Source: Leptospirales bacterium
GTDB lineage: Bacteria > Spirochaetota > Leptospiria > Turneriellales > JAOUFE01
Length of the DNA stretch: 60,637 nt
Assembly: GCA_040326155.1 (NCBI GenBank)
Contig: JBEQLE010000019.1
Coordinates: 1 to 60,637 of the forward strand
Direction: 5' to 3'
Below are positions 1-9,883 of the stretch, one piece after another. A model generated the notes under the pieces. The model saw only the letters and a list, made by a program, of their open reading frames with translations. It was not told where the DNA came from and did no database searches. Position numbers and translations under genes: made by a program. Numbering within the stretch: position 1 is the first letter of the stretch; each line of letters begins with the position of its first letter.

Positions 1-64
1 ATGGGTCCTTTCTGAGCGGTAATTTTAATTGTCGTTGGAAGGTACTTCTAATTGTCGCTGATCA
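1..64. mobile_element. Probable terminal end of an IS21-family-like insertion sequence, truncated by the window edge
   Basis: Two 20-bp direct repeats, GGTAATTTTAATTGTCGTTG (18-37) and GGTACTTCTAATTGTCGCTG (41-60), 17/20 identical with 23-bp period, followed by ATCA ending in CA at 64. The hypF frame stops exactly at this TG/CA boundary. No transposase is visible in the window. Confidence 0.6.
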
Positions 65-871
65 ACTAAGTTGAAATCTATTTTCAATCTCTTTCATGGA
101 AGAGAACATAACGGCAAAAGGTTTCTCAGGACGGTTTTTTATTTTGCGAAGTTTGTTTACGCTGGTTTCATCCAGAGCGTCGCAAGCAAGGTGAAAACCT
201 CCCGTTGATTTTAAAGCAATTACCTCGCCCGATTTTAAAAGGTCGACAAGCTTCAAAAGAATTGATGCTGTCTGCGCTGTAGCCGTATTCAAAAAACCGT
301 TCAAAAGAGTTAAACGCGGACCACAAGTAGGACAACTCATGGTTTGCGCATGATACCTGCGATCTTGTATATTAGCATATTCAACGCCGCAAGACGTACA
401 TAATAAAAATGATTTCATGGAAGTGTGCGGTCGATCAAAAGGAAAACCCGACATCAGACTGTAACGCGGTCCGCAATGTGCACAGGAATTAAAAACATAC
501 CCGTTACGTCGTTTGTTCTTAATTTCATCCAGACAAACGGTGCATGTTGCACGATCCGGAACGGTCAAAAAGTGGGATGAATGCATGTCTTCGAGTGATG
601 GCTCAATTTTAAAACTTTGCGAATTGTTTTGTATAAGAATATTCTCAGATTTTAGTGAATGAATACTGCACTGCGGTATTTCATGTATTTGAATTTGATT
701 GATAAACTCTTGAACTGTTCTTTTTTCACCCTGGGCTTCGATATACACCGCGTTTTGTTCATTTCGAACAAAACCGGTTATTTGGAGGTTTTCTGCCAAT
801 CTTACACAAAACGGTCGAAAACCGACTCCTTGTACTTTTCCGGTTATGTAAACTTTCTTTCGAAGTTTCAT
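62..871 (-). pseudogene. hypF: Carbamoyltransferase HypF, N-terminal 269 aa only (interrupted)
   Basis: Acylphosphatase motif GKVQGVGFRPF, two Zn fingers (CTVC..CAHCGPRY, CTSC..CPTCGP) and the start of the YrdC-like domain (ALKSTGGFHLACDA, KPFAVM). The Kae1-like C-terminal half of a typical ~750-aa HypF is absent. Confidence 0.88.
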
Positions 872-908
872 TTTGTGGTTATACTTTTAACTCTGTGTTG
901 CCGGGTCT

Positions 909-1439
909 CTATCTGCTTTTTAGAGCTTTCAAATTTGAAACCATTTTATTCAATATCGAAATCAAAACCTCTGTATATTTTTCTTTATTATCTCGATTAA
1001 ATTCAACTTGAAACTGAAATTCAAGTTGTTTAAAAATCGAATCTTCATCAATACAACGGTCGATTTTTGCCAGAGCGCAAACCGAACATTTTTCCGTTTT
1101 GGAACTGATATCGGCTTTTATTTTATGCAAACGGGCAATACTATCGAGGCATAACGCACATGTCTCATAACCAACAAACTTGCGCCATTGTGATATAAAC
1201 GCCTGGTAAGAAAGAGTATCTTTTTTGGAAATCTCTTCTACTGCCTTAATAATCTTTTCCCACTTATAAATGGACAGCAAAACAGGATTATTACCTTTTT
1301 TTAATTTTTCTTGAATTTCTTGCGGTGTAGGAACATGTTTTGCCAGATCTTCAGAAAAGGTGTTCTTACTAATACTGTCGACTAAAGGTGTTTTATCGTA
1401 GGCCATAGTATAAAAAAATCTATCGATTGAAAATGACAA
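909..1439 (-). CDS. Hypothetical Cys-rich protein (CxxC...CxxC...C), possibly metal-binding
   Basis: 176-aa ORF with CALC and CSVCALAKIDRC; co-oriented between the kinase gene and hypF with 23-37 bp gaps. Confidence 0.65.
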   Translation of the reverse strand: MSFSIDRFFYTMAYDKTPLVDSISKNTFSEDLAKHVPTPQEIQEKLKKGNNPVLLSIYKWEKIIKAVEEISKKDTLSYQAFISQWRKFVGYETCALCLDSIARLHKIKADISSKTEKCSVCALAKIDRCIDEDSIFKQLEFQFQVEFNRDNKEKYTEVLISILNKMVSNLKALKSR

Positions 1440-1462
1440 GCGAAATTATATTTTCCCGCGAA

Positions 1463-2443
1463 TTATTTTATCGCCGGGTTGATCAAATCCTCACACGCCT
1501 TTTTTTTGCCCATTTTAATTAAGGCCAAAGTCGGTTTCATCAACTCACGATAAATACCCATTCTATTTTCCTCAACCCTGGCAAGGTCAAATTCCGTAAA
1601 ACGCCACAGCGCCGAAACAGTTCCTGCATAAATAATATATTCATAGATCATTTCTGCCTCGTTCGGTTCGAGAGGACGAATCAAAGTATAGCCGAATAAA
1701 AACGCTTTACATAATTCCGGGTCAATTTCGCCATATTTCAGGCAACAACCGATAATAGCGCGAGCAATATCAAAGATGGCATTGTCAATGCAGCCGCCCT
1801 CAAAATCGATAAAAAAGAAATCATTCATTTCACTGACCATTACATTATCCAGAAAAATATCGCCGTGAATAATACTTCTATAAAAAGATTCAAATTCGAT
1901 TACATCGATATGCGGACGCGCCAGGTCGATAAAATGCGAAAGCTCTTCAGGTATTTTAGAACCACGCATTTGCTCCATTCTGTTTTGAAAGTTAAGTGAA
2001 TAACTTTGTATAAGTGTTTCGGCAACGTCTTTGTCAGGTTTAAGTAGATGCAAAACAGACATTACGTTGCCAATTTTATGGAGAGTATCTTCACTCTGAA
2101 TCGGGTGTACACCTGTAATATACTCCGTTATTATTGCAGAATATTGATCTTCTTGCCAATAATCTCCCTGAATAGGCTTAATAATATGTGGGGTAGGAAA
2201 ATTCCGTTTTTGCAAAAGCATTGATATATAAACCAGCGCTTTTACTCTTTTTGCGGGGGCTTTGCGAAATATTTTTAGAAAGAAACTGCCTTTATTATTT
2301 ATTTTTAACAAATAATTGTAATTCGTAAGGCCACCAGTTAAACGTACATATTCATACTCGGCTTGAATGTGAGTATTCTGTTTCTCGCTTCCAAAATAGG
2401 CTTCGACAATCTTTTTAATAATCTCTTTTTCACCAATATGCAC
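1463..2443 (-). CDS. APH/choline-kinase-fold phosphotransferase (type II homoserine kinase-like)
   Basis: GGLTNYNY, FLKIF, IIHGDIFLDNV and FIDFE motifs; AAGGAA-type RBS upstream. Confidence 0.8.
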   Translation of the reverse strand: MHIGEKEIIKKIVEAYFGSEKQNTHIQAEYEYVRLTGGLTNYNYLLKINNKGSFFLKIFRKAPAKRVKALVYISMLLQKRNFPTPHIIKPIQGDYWQEDQYSAIITEYITGVHPIQSEDTLHKIGNVMSVLHLLKPDKDVAETLIQSYSLNFQNRMEQMRGSKIPEELSHFIDLARPHIDVIEFESFYRSIIHGDIFLDNVMVSEMNDFFFIDFEGGCIDNAIFDIARAIIGCCLKYGEIDPELCKAFLFGYTLIRPLEPNEAEMIYEYIIYAGTVSALWRFTEFDLARVEENRMGIYRELMKPTLALIKMGKKKACEDLINPAIK

Positions 2444-2753
2444 TTCATTTCCTTTTTATTTTAAAACAAATTCGATATCTCTTCAATATAAAAAAATAAT
2501 CTATTATAATCTTTTTTCTGGGTAAACGGTTCAACTTTTTGAGTTGAATTCATCATTCGTTTAAAGAGGTAAACCATTAAATAATATATTGTAGTGAATT
2601 GAGTAGAATTGTACAAAAAATTTTCTTTTAATTCATACATATTCTTCTGTTTATTCAACTTTTAAAATCGAATTTTATATAATGATTATAAAGTTAGATA
2701 AAAAATAAAATAATGATAAGTTGAAAAAAAGCTGAGTTAATACCTGGGTACTA

Positions 2754-2782
2754 TTGACAAACAGTTCTTTTCGTGTTAAATT
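2754..2782 (+). promoter_or_regulatory. Putative sigma70 promoter of the anti-sigma gene
   Basis: TTGACA (2754-2759), 17-bp spacer, TGn-TAAATT (2777-2782); AGGGAG RBS follows. Confidence 0.5.
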
Positions 2783-2797
2783 ATTAGGGAGAATTGC

Positions 2798-3214
2798 ATG
2801 CTAACGTATATTACTACTGCGCCCAATATGAAAAAGATTAGTTCTATCGTAATTGATTATGGAAAAACGCTTAGGGAATGGAATATTTCCGAAGATAAGA
2901 TTATTGATATTGAACTGGCCATGGAGGAAGTATTAGCAAATATTGTAGCTCATGGTTATGAAAATCGAGAAGTAGATCTTGCGAATGATATTGAAATTCA
3001 ATTGAAGAAATACCATGACTATGTTGAATTAATGATCAGCGACCAAGGCAATTTCTTTGATATCAATACTCATGAAGAACCAAATCTCGGCTCCTACATT
3101 GATAGCCCCATTAACGGCGGTTTTGGCGCAGCACTTATAAAAAAAGTAATGAGTGAAGTTAGTTGTTGTAGAGAAAACGGAACGAATATCACTATTTTAC
3201 GTAAATTTATTTAA
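2798..3214 (+). CDS. RsbW/SpoIIAB-type anti-sigma factor / Ser kinase (HATPase_c_2)
   Basis: ELAMEEVLANIVAHGY, ISDQG.FFD and GGFGAALIKKVMSEV motifs. Confidence 0.85.
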   Translation: MLTYITTAPNMKKISSIVIDYGKTLREWNISEDKIIDIELAMEEVLANIVAHGYENREVDLANDIEIQLKKYHDYVELMISDQGNFFDINTHEEPNLGSYIDSPINGGFGAALIKKVMSEVSCCRENGTNITILRKFI

Positions 3215-3398
3215 AACCGGCGAATCAGCCATACAACCTATCAAGAATTTTTTTAAACTCAGTTAGACTCATTTATCCCTATAAAGTCATGAAAAGTGTG
3301 TTTAAAGTGCCGTTTTGGTGAACGAAGATGTCTAGGTTTATTTGGCAATTAGGCAAACTATTATCTGCGTTTTATAAATTTTTTCCGGTAAATGAATT

Positions 3399-3432
3399 AG
3401 AAAAGCACGCGGGATTTTTCCCCGCGTGTTGA
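3399..3432 (-). terminator. Rho-independent terminator-like hairpin
   Basis: Minus strand AACACGCGGGG-AAAAA-TCCCGCGTGCT followed by TTTCT. Confidence 0.55.
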
Positions 3433-3832
3433 AAGGAAGCAATTTGACCCGGTAAACCGTATATTTTTATTCGGTTTGAATCTTGTTTAAATGGTGCTCT
3501 ATCTATGTTTCACACCAAAAAAGGAACGTTGAATTCGTCATTTCAGAGGTAGTCAGCCTCATTGTTCGTCCTTTTAAATTTCGATTATTCCGGTTCGTTC
3601 TTAAATTGAAAATCAAATTTACGATCAGCACCTGTAAATATTCCTTGAAAAACCCTTTTTGTACAGCTACTGTTTCTATTTTCAGCTGTCAGGTTTAATT
3701 CAGTTAAAATTCGAATAACCAATCGTTAACTCATATTCAATATAATACAGTTATAGCATAAATTTACGCCGTTGTCTTCTCTTGTTATAACAAAACAAAA
3801 CTTTTATTTAAAAAAAATATCACTATTTTAAC

Positions 3833-3872
3833 AAAAAAAAAGGGCCATAACGTATGTCTGGCCCCTTTTTCT
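3833..3872 (-). terminator. Terminator of the alginate-export-type gene
   Basis: GGGCCA...TGGCCC stem flanked by A and T tracts, about 60 bp downstream of the stop. Confidence 0.65.
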
Positions 3873-3933
3873 TAAATTTTTACGCAGTAGTTATGCGCGA
3901 CGCATTAAATAAAGTCAAAAATGCTGATTTTGG

Positions 3934-5322
3934 TTAAAATGCAAATGTAGTAGCAACAAAACCATAATGATAATCGGAATTAGCCTTTTTATCGTTCAAA
4001 GCATCACCACGAAGAGCAATCGAATAACCAGCCAATACATTAAAGTGTTTATTTAACGTATATTTACAGGTAAAATCGACTTCATGCATAGAGTGGGCCT
4101 GACTCGATAGATCTGCGCCGGTAGTAGACCCGATCGCCCCTACTACCTTGCCACTTCTGCCGCCACCCGAAGCTGGATACCAGTTATCCTTAACCGAATA
4201 ACGCATAGCGTAAATATAAGCTGCTTTAAGCATGAGCTGTTTCGTAGCAAAGTAGGTCAAATTCAACTCACCTGCCATCAGATTCTGCCAGGAAAGTAGA
4301 TCAGCCTGACCATAATAGGCGTGGTTCAAAGGAAACATATTGTGAAAGGTTTTTACAGTCGAATCAGAAGGGTCGTCATCGCCACTGGCTACATCGATAT
4401 TTGTACCAATACGAAGTGTATTGACTTTAAAACCAGCAGAAATACCGCCTGCAAAGGCATTGACGGTCGTACCGCTTCCGTCATGACCAAATTGATAAGC
4501 CGCCTCGACGGTAAAATCGAAAGGGCCATTCGCTTTAAAGCCTTTATTCACACGGTTTGAAAAACGAAACCCGGTAGTATGTATCTCTTTTATAGTAAAA
4601 GTATTCATGAGAGATAACAGATATAAATCGATGTGAAAACCACTTATCGCTTTTATGGTATCGTAAATACCAAAAAAGTAGGTGTCCTGGGCAAAGTCCG
4701 AATAGGCCGATACATTGTTCAAATCGAGAGCGTCACCCTCACGTAAAATGCTGGCCCAGGCGTGCAGTGAGTTCTTTTTAGTGTCAAATTTCAACAACAA
4801 AGCGTCAAACGTAATGCCTACGTTAGCCCAGTCTAAAGAAGAAACCATGCGTTTTTCACCATAGTTCAAACGTTGTCGTCCAATACGAAAACCAAAGGGG
4901 CCAGCCAGGTGATCAATTTCCCCCCAGGCTTCTCTTAAATCGACACCGTTTTCTGTAATTTTATCTCCTGCAGAGTTAATACTCGAAGCTCCGGAGTCTT
5001 TACCGCCGATGCTGGCGTTTTGCCCGCCCCAGATTCTTGCATCCTGGAATTTAATAAAAGCCCGTCCGGTCCGAAAAGAATCGCTGAATAAAATCTTATC
5101 AATATCAAGCCATACTTTTTGCCCGACAAATTCATATTTATTCGCGCTGGAAAACCCAACATTTTCTTTAATTTCTGGACGAACTCTTATCATGCCATGA
5201 ACTTGCAAACTTTTATCAATTTTTTGATCGCCGTCGGCATCACCCTGGGCAACGGTTTGCGTGTTTGCGATCGAAAATATTATAAATGCAATGAAAAGAC
5301 CTTTATAACTAATTTTATTCAT
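3934..5322 (-). CDS. Alginate export (AlgE-like) family outer-membrane beta-barrel protein
   Basis: Signal peptide; RVRPE, FQDARIWG, DLREAW, RIGRQRLNYGEKRMVSSLDW and F.NMFPLNHAYYG motifs; C-terminal Phe. Start placed at ATG 5322 behind an AGGAG RBS. Confidence 0.85.
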   Translation of the reverse strand: MNKISYKGLFIAFIIFSIANTQTVAQGDADGDQKIDKSLQVHGMIRVRPEIKENVGFSSANKYEFVGQKVWLDIDKILFSDSFRTGRAFIKFQDARIWGGQNASIGGKDSGASSINSAGDKITENGVDLREAWGEIDHLAGPFGFRIGRQRLNYGEKRMVSSLDWANVGITFDALLLKFDTKKNSLHAWASILREGDALDLNNVSAYSDFAQDTYFFGIYDTIKAISGFHIDLYLLSLMNTFTIKEIHTTGFRFSNRVNKGFKANGPFDFTVEAAYQFGHDGSGTTVNAFAGGISAGFKVNTLRIGTNIDVASGDDDPSDSTVKTFHNMFPLNHAYYGQADLLSWQNLMAGELNLTYFATKQLMLKAAYIYAMRYSVKDNWYPASGGGRSGKVVGAIGSTTGADLSSQAHSMHEVDFTCKYTLNKHFNVLAGYSIALRGDALNDKKANSDYHYGFVATTFAF

Positions 5323-5814
5323 AATTCTACTCCTTTGTGGTTTATCATAAACCTGTTGATTCAATTTTTAATTTGGTTTGGAATAACTAAAGGGTATGTT
5401 TTCTTTTTCACTTTAGCCGTCAAAAGAAATTACAAAGAAAAAGGGTCATTGTCAAATTTAATTCAAGTTTTATTGGAATTTATTTAGAATTTATGACTAT
5501 ATAGTTACAGATTATTTTTATAATAAAACCCGGCTTCTCTCTTATCAATTTTCGAAAATAGGAGAGCTCGATATCGAATTCCTGGCGTTTGAATCTCTAT
5601 ACTCTAACACCGAAGAAATTACCCACAATTGTATAAAATAATCGAAAAGATAAAGAGAGCATGCGGAGAAAAGAGGTAAATTCTCTGCCTGTATGGTAGA
5701 TTTTCCCCCCGCTCCGAACTGCCAGGTTCTGGCCGTTCTACGCTTCCCCTTTTATTTTATTTTGGCTGAGCCGATGACGATTGTTGGGTAATTTTATAGC
5801 TGGGGGGGACTATT

Positions 5815-6062
5815 ATAAGGAAGGCAGGAAAAGAGGGGGATAAGGAATACAGGAAAAGAGGGGAAAGAATTTTTGACAGGATTTACATGATTAACATGTT
5901 AAGAAATCAATTGTGTATTGAATCTCGAAGTATAATTATATCGCAAAAGTTTTTATGAAATTGAACAGAGTTGTCCTCTCAAATCGGTGAATCGGTTAAT
6001 CCTGTCTAATTATCTTCTCTTTATCTTTTCCTGCAATTCCTTCCCCTTCCTGCCTTCCTTAT
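5815..6062 (-). repeat. Nested-palindrome interspersed element, copy A (complete)
   Basis: Perfect 16-bp terminal IR ATAAGGAAGGCAGGAA/TTCCTGCCTTCCTTAT; inner IR GACAGGATT (5875)/AATCCTGTC (5998); core homologous to copies B-D. Confidence 0.85.
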
Positions 6063-6108
6063 TAATTCTTCATTCATTCACGAAAAACTGACGCGCATGT
6101 TTCCTACA

Positions 6109-6711
6109 CTAAGGCAAAACCTCATATTTACTTTGCACAAAACCACTGCTGTAAGATATTGTTTCTACATGGTTCAAATGAATATCTTTTAAAACGGGAC
6201 CAAAAAGGGGTATTCCCTGGCCGATTAGAACGGGTATTGTTGTTATTGTTATTTCATGGATTAAACCCTGTTTTAGAAAACCCTGGATGGTCTGGCCGCC
6301 ATCGACATAGACCCTGTTGGCTCCAGAAACCTGTAGGTCGCGAAAAAGGTCTTCTACGAAACCCGATTGCACCTCAATATTATGGGGCTGATTCTTGTCT
6401 AGCGTTCTGCTCAGTACGATCACCCTTTTACCTTTATAAGGCCATGGTCCTGCATTTCGCACAAAATCGTAGGTGTTACGCCCCATGACCAATACGTCAA
6501 TGGACTCAAAAAAAGTGGAAAACCCCAGGTCACCATCGGCGAGGTTTGCTTCACCACTGGCAACGGCTTCCTTTGGTTTCACTGCGTCCGTAGCCGCTTT
6601 AGTGTCCATAGTATCTTCTACGCCTTCAGCGCCTGGCAACCAATCGAGTCTACCATTCTCTCTTGCGATAAAACCATCAAGGGACGTCGCTATATAAACA
6701 CATACTTTCAT
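6109..6711 (-). CDS. Dihydrofolate reductase-like (RibD C-terminal) family protein
   Basis: YIATSLDGFIAR, LVMGRNTY, VYVDGGQTIQ and IPVLIGQGIPLF motifs. Confidence 0.9.
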   Translation of the reverse strand: MKVCVYIATSLDGFIARENGRLDWLPGAEGVEDTMDTKAATDAVKPKEAVASGEANLADGDLGFSTFFESIDVLVMGRNTYDFVRNAGPWPYKGKRVIVLSRTLDKNQPHNIEVQSGFVEDLFRDLQVSGANRVYVDGGQTIQGFLKQGLIHEITITTIPVLIGQGIPLFGPVLKDIHLNHVETISYSSGFVQSKYEVLP

Positions 6712-6888
6712 TGAAGATACAATTCATTAATGTGACAGAGTATGTCAACTATGTAGAAAGAATTTCACAAAAATCCTTGTGTATTATTTATGAAAAAACC
6801 GCTGGACACTGCAAGATTCTATTGAACAATATTAATAGAGAATGCCCAGAAATAATATCAGGGAAAATGATCAATACATCTTTAAATA

Positions 6889-7482
6889 ATGGATAAGCAT
6901 ATGGAATTAATAAAAGGGTTTAATATTAAAAAGAAAGAGCCGAAAGGTTATCAAATAAAAATTCAATTAAATGAGATTGAACCTGAAATATGGCGACGGC
7001 TCAGTGTCGATTCTTCGATACCTCTTAAACATTTGCATGATGCTATTCAGAAGTCTCTGGGGTGGGAAGATATGCATTTGCATATGTTTGTGAACCAGGA
7101 TAAAAAGTATTGTTTACCCGATGAAGAAGACCCCGGAGAGATAAGTGATTTTCAAGATGAAAACAAATTTACTCTCGGTGATCTTTTAACTAAAAAGTCT
7201 CAACAAATACAATATGTATATGATTTTGGAGACGATTGGGCTCATACGATTACACTTGAAAAGATTACAGACGACATTCCCAAAAAAATCACCTGTATCG
7301 ATGGCGAACGAGCCTGCCCCCCGGAAGACTGCGGAGGTCCTATGGGTTATGCTGAACTTCTTAAAGCACTGGTCGACCCTTTGCACGACATGCATGACGA
7401 TCTGAAAGAGTGGATTAGTGGCGAGTTTGATCCGGAAGCGGTTGACCTTACGAAAATCAACAAATCTCTCGGTAAAATCTAA
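6889..7482 (+). CDS. Plasmid pRiA4b ORF-3 family protein
   Basis: PEIWRRL, LHDAIQ..GW...HLH.F, YVYDFGDDWAH and GERACPPEDCGG motifs. Confidence 0.9.
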   Translation: MDKHMELIKGFNIKKKEPKGYQIKIQLNEIEPEIWRRLSVDSSIPLKHLHDAIQKSLGWEDMHLHMFVNQDKKYCLPDEEDPGEISDFQDENKFTLGDLLTKKSQQIQYVYDFGDDWAHTITLEKITDDIPKKITCIDGERACPPEDCGGPMGYAELLKALVDPLHDMHDDLKEWISGEFDPEAVDLTKINKSLGKI

Positions 7483-7524
7483 AGTATTTGGAAACCTGAT
7501 ATTGCCTTTTTTGCGCAGAGAAGT

Positions 7525-8091
7525 CTACGGCAAGGGGAATTGAAATTCGTATAAAAGTCCTCTTCTTTCGTTTAAGAAGTCCCCAATTTCAGTTTTCATC
7601 AATTTATTATTCTTCTTGACTTCTGAAAGTTTCAGACGTGTATGAAAAAATACTTTTAATAATTTCCCTTTTTTTAGGGAAACAAATTTAACAAGATTGT
7701 GCTCGACGATATCATTTTCCTTATCAAATAGCAAAACATCAACCATAATTTCTCCAGTTTCATCGTTTGTAAATATACGAGCCTCTTCGGTGCGATATGG
7801 TTTTGTTTTCTCGATAAAAGTTTTTATGGCGTCCTTTATTTTTTCACTGCTAATATGTATTGTAATCATATGTTTGAAATTTTTTGTTTTGTGGCCTTTA
7901 GGCAAATATTCTAAAATAACAAAATTAGTATTATAATTTCGCCATGTAAGAGTAAACGTTTCGTCACCCCATAAAACCGATTGAGGAAATTGCGACTCTT
8001 GTTTATTCTTTTTCTCACTGCTACTTACTTCTGTAACGTAAACTGAACCAACCATCGTTGCTATAATGATGAAACCAAATATCTTTTTCAT
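7525..8091 (-). CDS. Hypothetical secreted protein
   Basis: N-terminal signal peptide MKKIFGFIIIA; GAGGA RBS. Confidence 0.7.
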   Translation of the reverse strand: MKKIFGFIIIATMVGSVYVTEVSSSEKKNKQESQFPQSVLWGDETFTLTWRNYNTNFVILEYLPKGHKTKNFKHMITIHISSEKIKDAIKTFIEKTKPYRTEEARIFTNDETGEIMVDVLLFDKENDIVEHNLVKFVSLKKGKLLKVFFHTRLKLSEVKKNNKLMKTEIGDFLNERRGLLYEFQFPLP

Positions 8092-8340
8092 TTTATCCTC
8101 TTTTAACTATTATTACTGCACGGGTGAACGATTTTTGAATTCACCAATTATTTTGCTGGTCACAATACTCACATTGCAAAAGGTCTGTAAAGTCAAATTT
8201 ACAAGATTTGCAATGCCCAGAAAACTCTACTGCATAAAATAATCTAACCTTCTTTCAATGATGAATATAATTCTAACTCTTCCTTTCCCTCTTTTTCTTA
8301 TGATGATAATTTGTTATACGAAGTTTTGAATAAATATGTT

Positions 8341-9447
8341 TTATATACCATCTAATACATTTAATATAGGTTTTTTAAATCTTTGTAAAGTATCATTGGA
8401 CTCGTAGTCTTTTTTGCCCACGACTGTAGCTCGCCCAACAACGATGCATAAAATATTTTTCTTAACAATGATCATACGGGCAAAACGATTAGAAGCTCTT
8501 GTGTTAATGCCATTCAACATTAACTCTGGCGAATCAGCATTTGAAAATTCAAGTATATAGATTGATAAAATATTCTCCATATCCTTTTCTAATTTAGCAT
8601 GCATTGATGCACAACCATTCAGATCATTTGAGTAACTATTAAACTTCTTGTCGTTTTCACTTGAAAGCCAAACTCGCGGAACTTGACCTGCTATTGAAAT
8701 ACTGCTACCACAATATTCATCTCTACAAATAATATTGGATATATCGTATAATATTTGATGCAGTGGATTGTCTGGAAAGTATTTTTCATAATTTGTACTT
8801 ACAAAACCTAAGCCTGTGTTGAATTCAACCGGGTGATATCCAGCAAGATCTTGTAAACTCACATTGGGTGAAATTTTATTAATGAATCTATCAAAATATG
8901 AATTAGTCGACTGATCGATATCACCTTCATGAATTTCTATAAATTCTTTTAATTTAAAATCCAGAATTTCTGCGGAATATCTGGTAAAAGCCAATGCGAC
9001 CATTAAATCTCTGTAATCACACCTATCGACTTCAATCATCATCAGTGATGAGATAGCACTTTGAAGGAATTCTGTTTTTTTCAAGCGTAAAGAAAAAACC
9101 ACCGATCGTTTTGCGTAAGTAAACAGAGTGTATATACCATCCAGTGTTATGGATCTTCTAATATCTAATTTGCTCTGACTTTCGCAATATTCATCTATAA
9201 TATGTTTAATCTGGAGATCAGTAGAATTAGATATTGGATTTTCTAAGTGATTTTCATTTCGATATTCACTATAATTTATATTGTCCACCGGTGACATCCC
9301 ATAATTGCCATTCTTAATTCTAAGATTCTCGTTAAAAATTGCATTTGCCATTTCGCCACTAAGCGTTACGGTACTCTTTTGTCTAAATCGAATGATCCCA
9401 TAAATGATCCATACAGATAGAATTATTATGGAGTAAAGATATAACAT
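8341..9447 (-). CDS. Hypothetical protein with N-terminal membrane anchor
   Basis: 368-aa ORF, hydrophobic N-terminus, no recognised motif. Confidence 0.7.
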   Translation of the reverse strand: MLYLYSIIILSVWIIYGIIRFRQKSTVTLSGEMANAIFNENLRIKNGNYGMSPVDNINYSEYRNENHLENPISNSTDLQIKHIIDEYCESQSKLDIRRSITLDGIYTLFTYAKRSVVFSLRLKKTEFLQSAISSLMMIEVDRCDYRDLMVALAFTRYSAEILDFKLKEFIEIHEGDIDQSTNSYFDRFINKISPNVSLQDLAGYHPVEFNTGLGFVSTNYEKYFPDNPLHQILYDISNIICRDEYCGSSISIAGQVPRVWLSSENDKKFNSYSNDLNGCASMHAKLEKDMENILSIYILEFSNADSPELMLNGINTRASNRFARMIIVKKNILCIVVGRATVVGKKDYESNDTLQRFKKPILNVLDGI

Positions 9448-9883
9448 GTTTTGTGTCCGTATACAACGTAATAAATACTCATAAGGCGGGAAGTTAAAAA
9501 AGGTCAGCGATTTTGTATGACGTGGCGGGTTTATGAATTGTTTTTATGCTGCCTGAATGAGCCGCGAGAGCGGTAATTAAATTCGCTAATTTGGGCGAGC
9601 TTGAGAACTAAGCAGCATTTATTGCCGATAACTCTAAATTCTAGAATTCACCAACCAACGTAGAAGACCACACCAAAACCAACCCTCCCCTGGTAAAAAC
9701 CGAATTCAACAAACTTTATAAAAATAGACATTCCAAAACTAGCGCGGTAGCATTCCGCACGGCGAACTTGTGGTAGAAAATACTTTTACATTACGTTTGT
9801 TCCGGGGTCGTCGTCTGCCTGAATCTTTGTCTTATATTTCTATTGTTTCATTTACAGCCTGTCTTTGTTTACAATAAAGAACA

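Noticed and set aside
62..64. hypF TGA as selenocysteine or readthrough codon
   Set aside because: The in-frame sequence after the TGA (SATIRSTFQRQLK) is not HypF-like and no SECIS-like hairpin is evident; an IS end explains it better.
2461..2658. 65-aa TTG-start ORF upstream of the kinase
   Set aside because: Very AT-rich divergent promoter region with no RBS or recognisable motif.
6889..7482. pRiA4b ORF-3 gene as evidence of a plasmid or IS
   Set aside because: The family is common on chromosomes, and no transposase, rep gene or terminal repeats are adjacent.
9480..9880. Possible structured RNA in the spacer before the ABC-F gene
   Set aside because: Only short hairpins (CCGC-GAGA-GCGG and similar); no recognisable family, terminator or repeat support.
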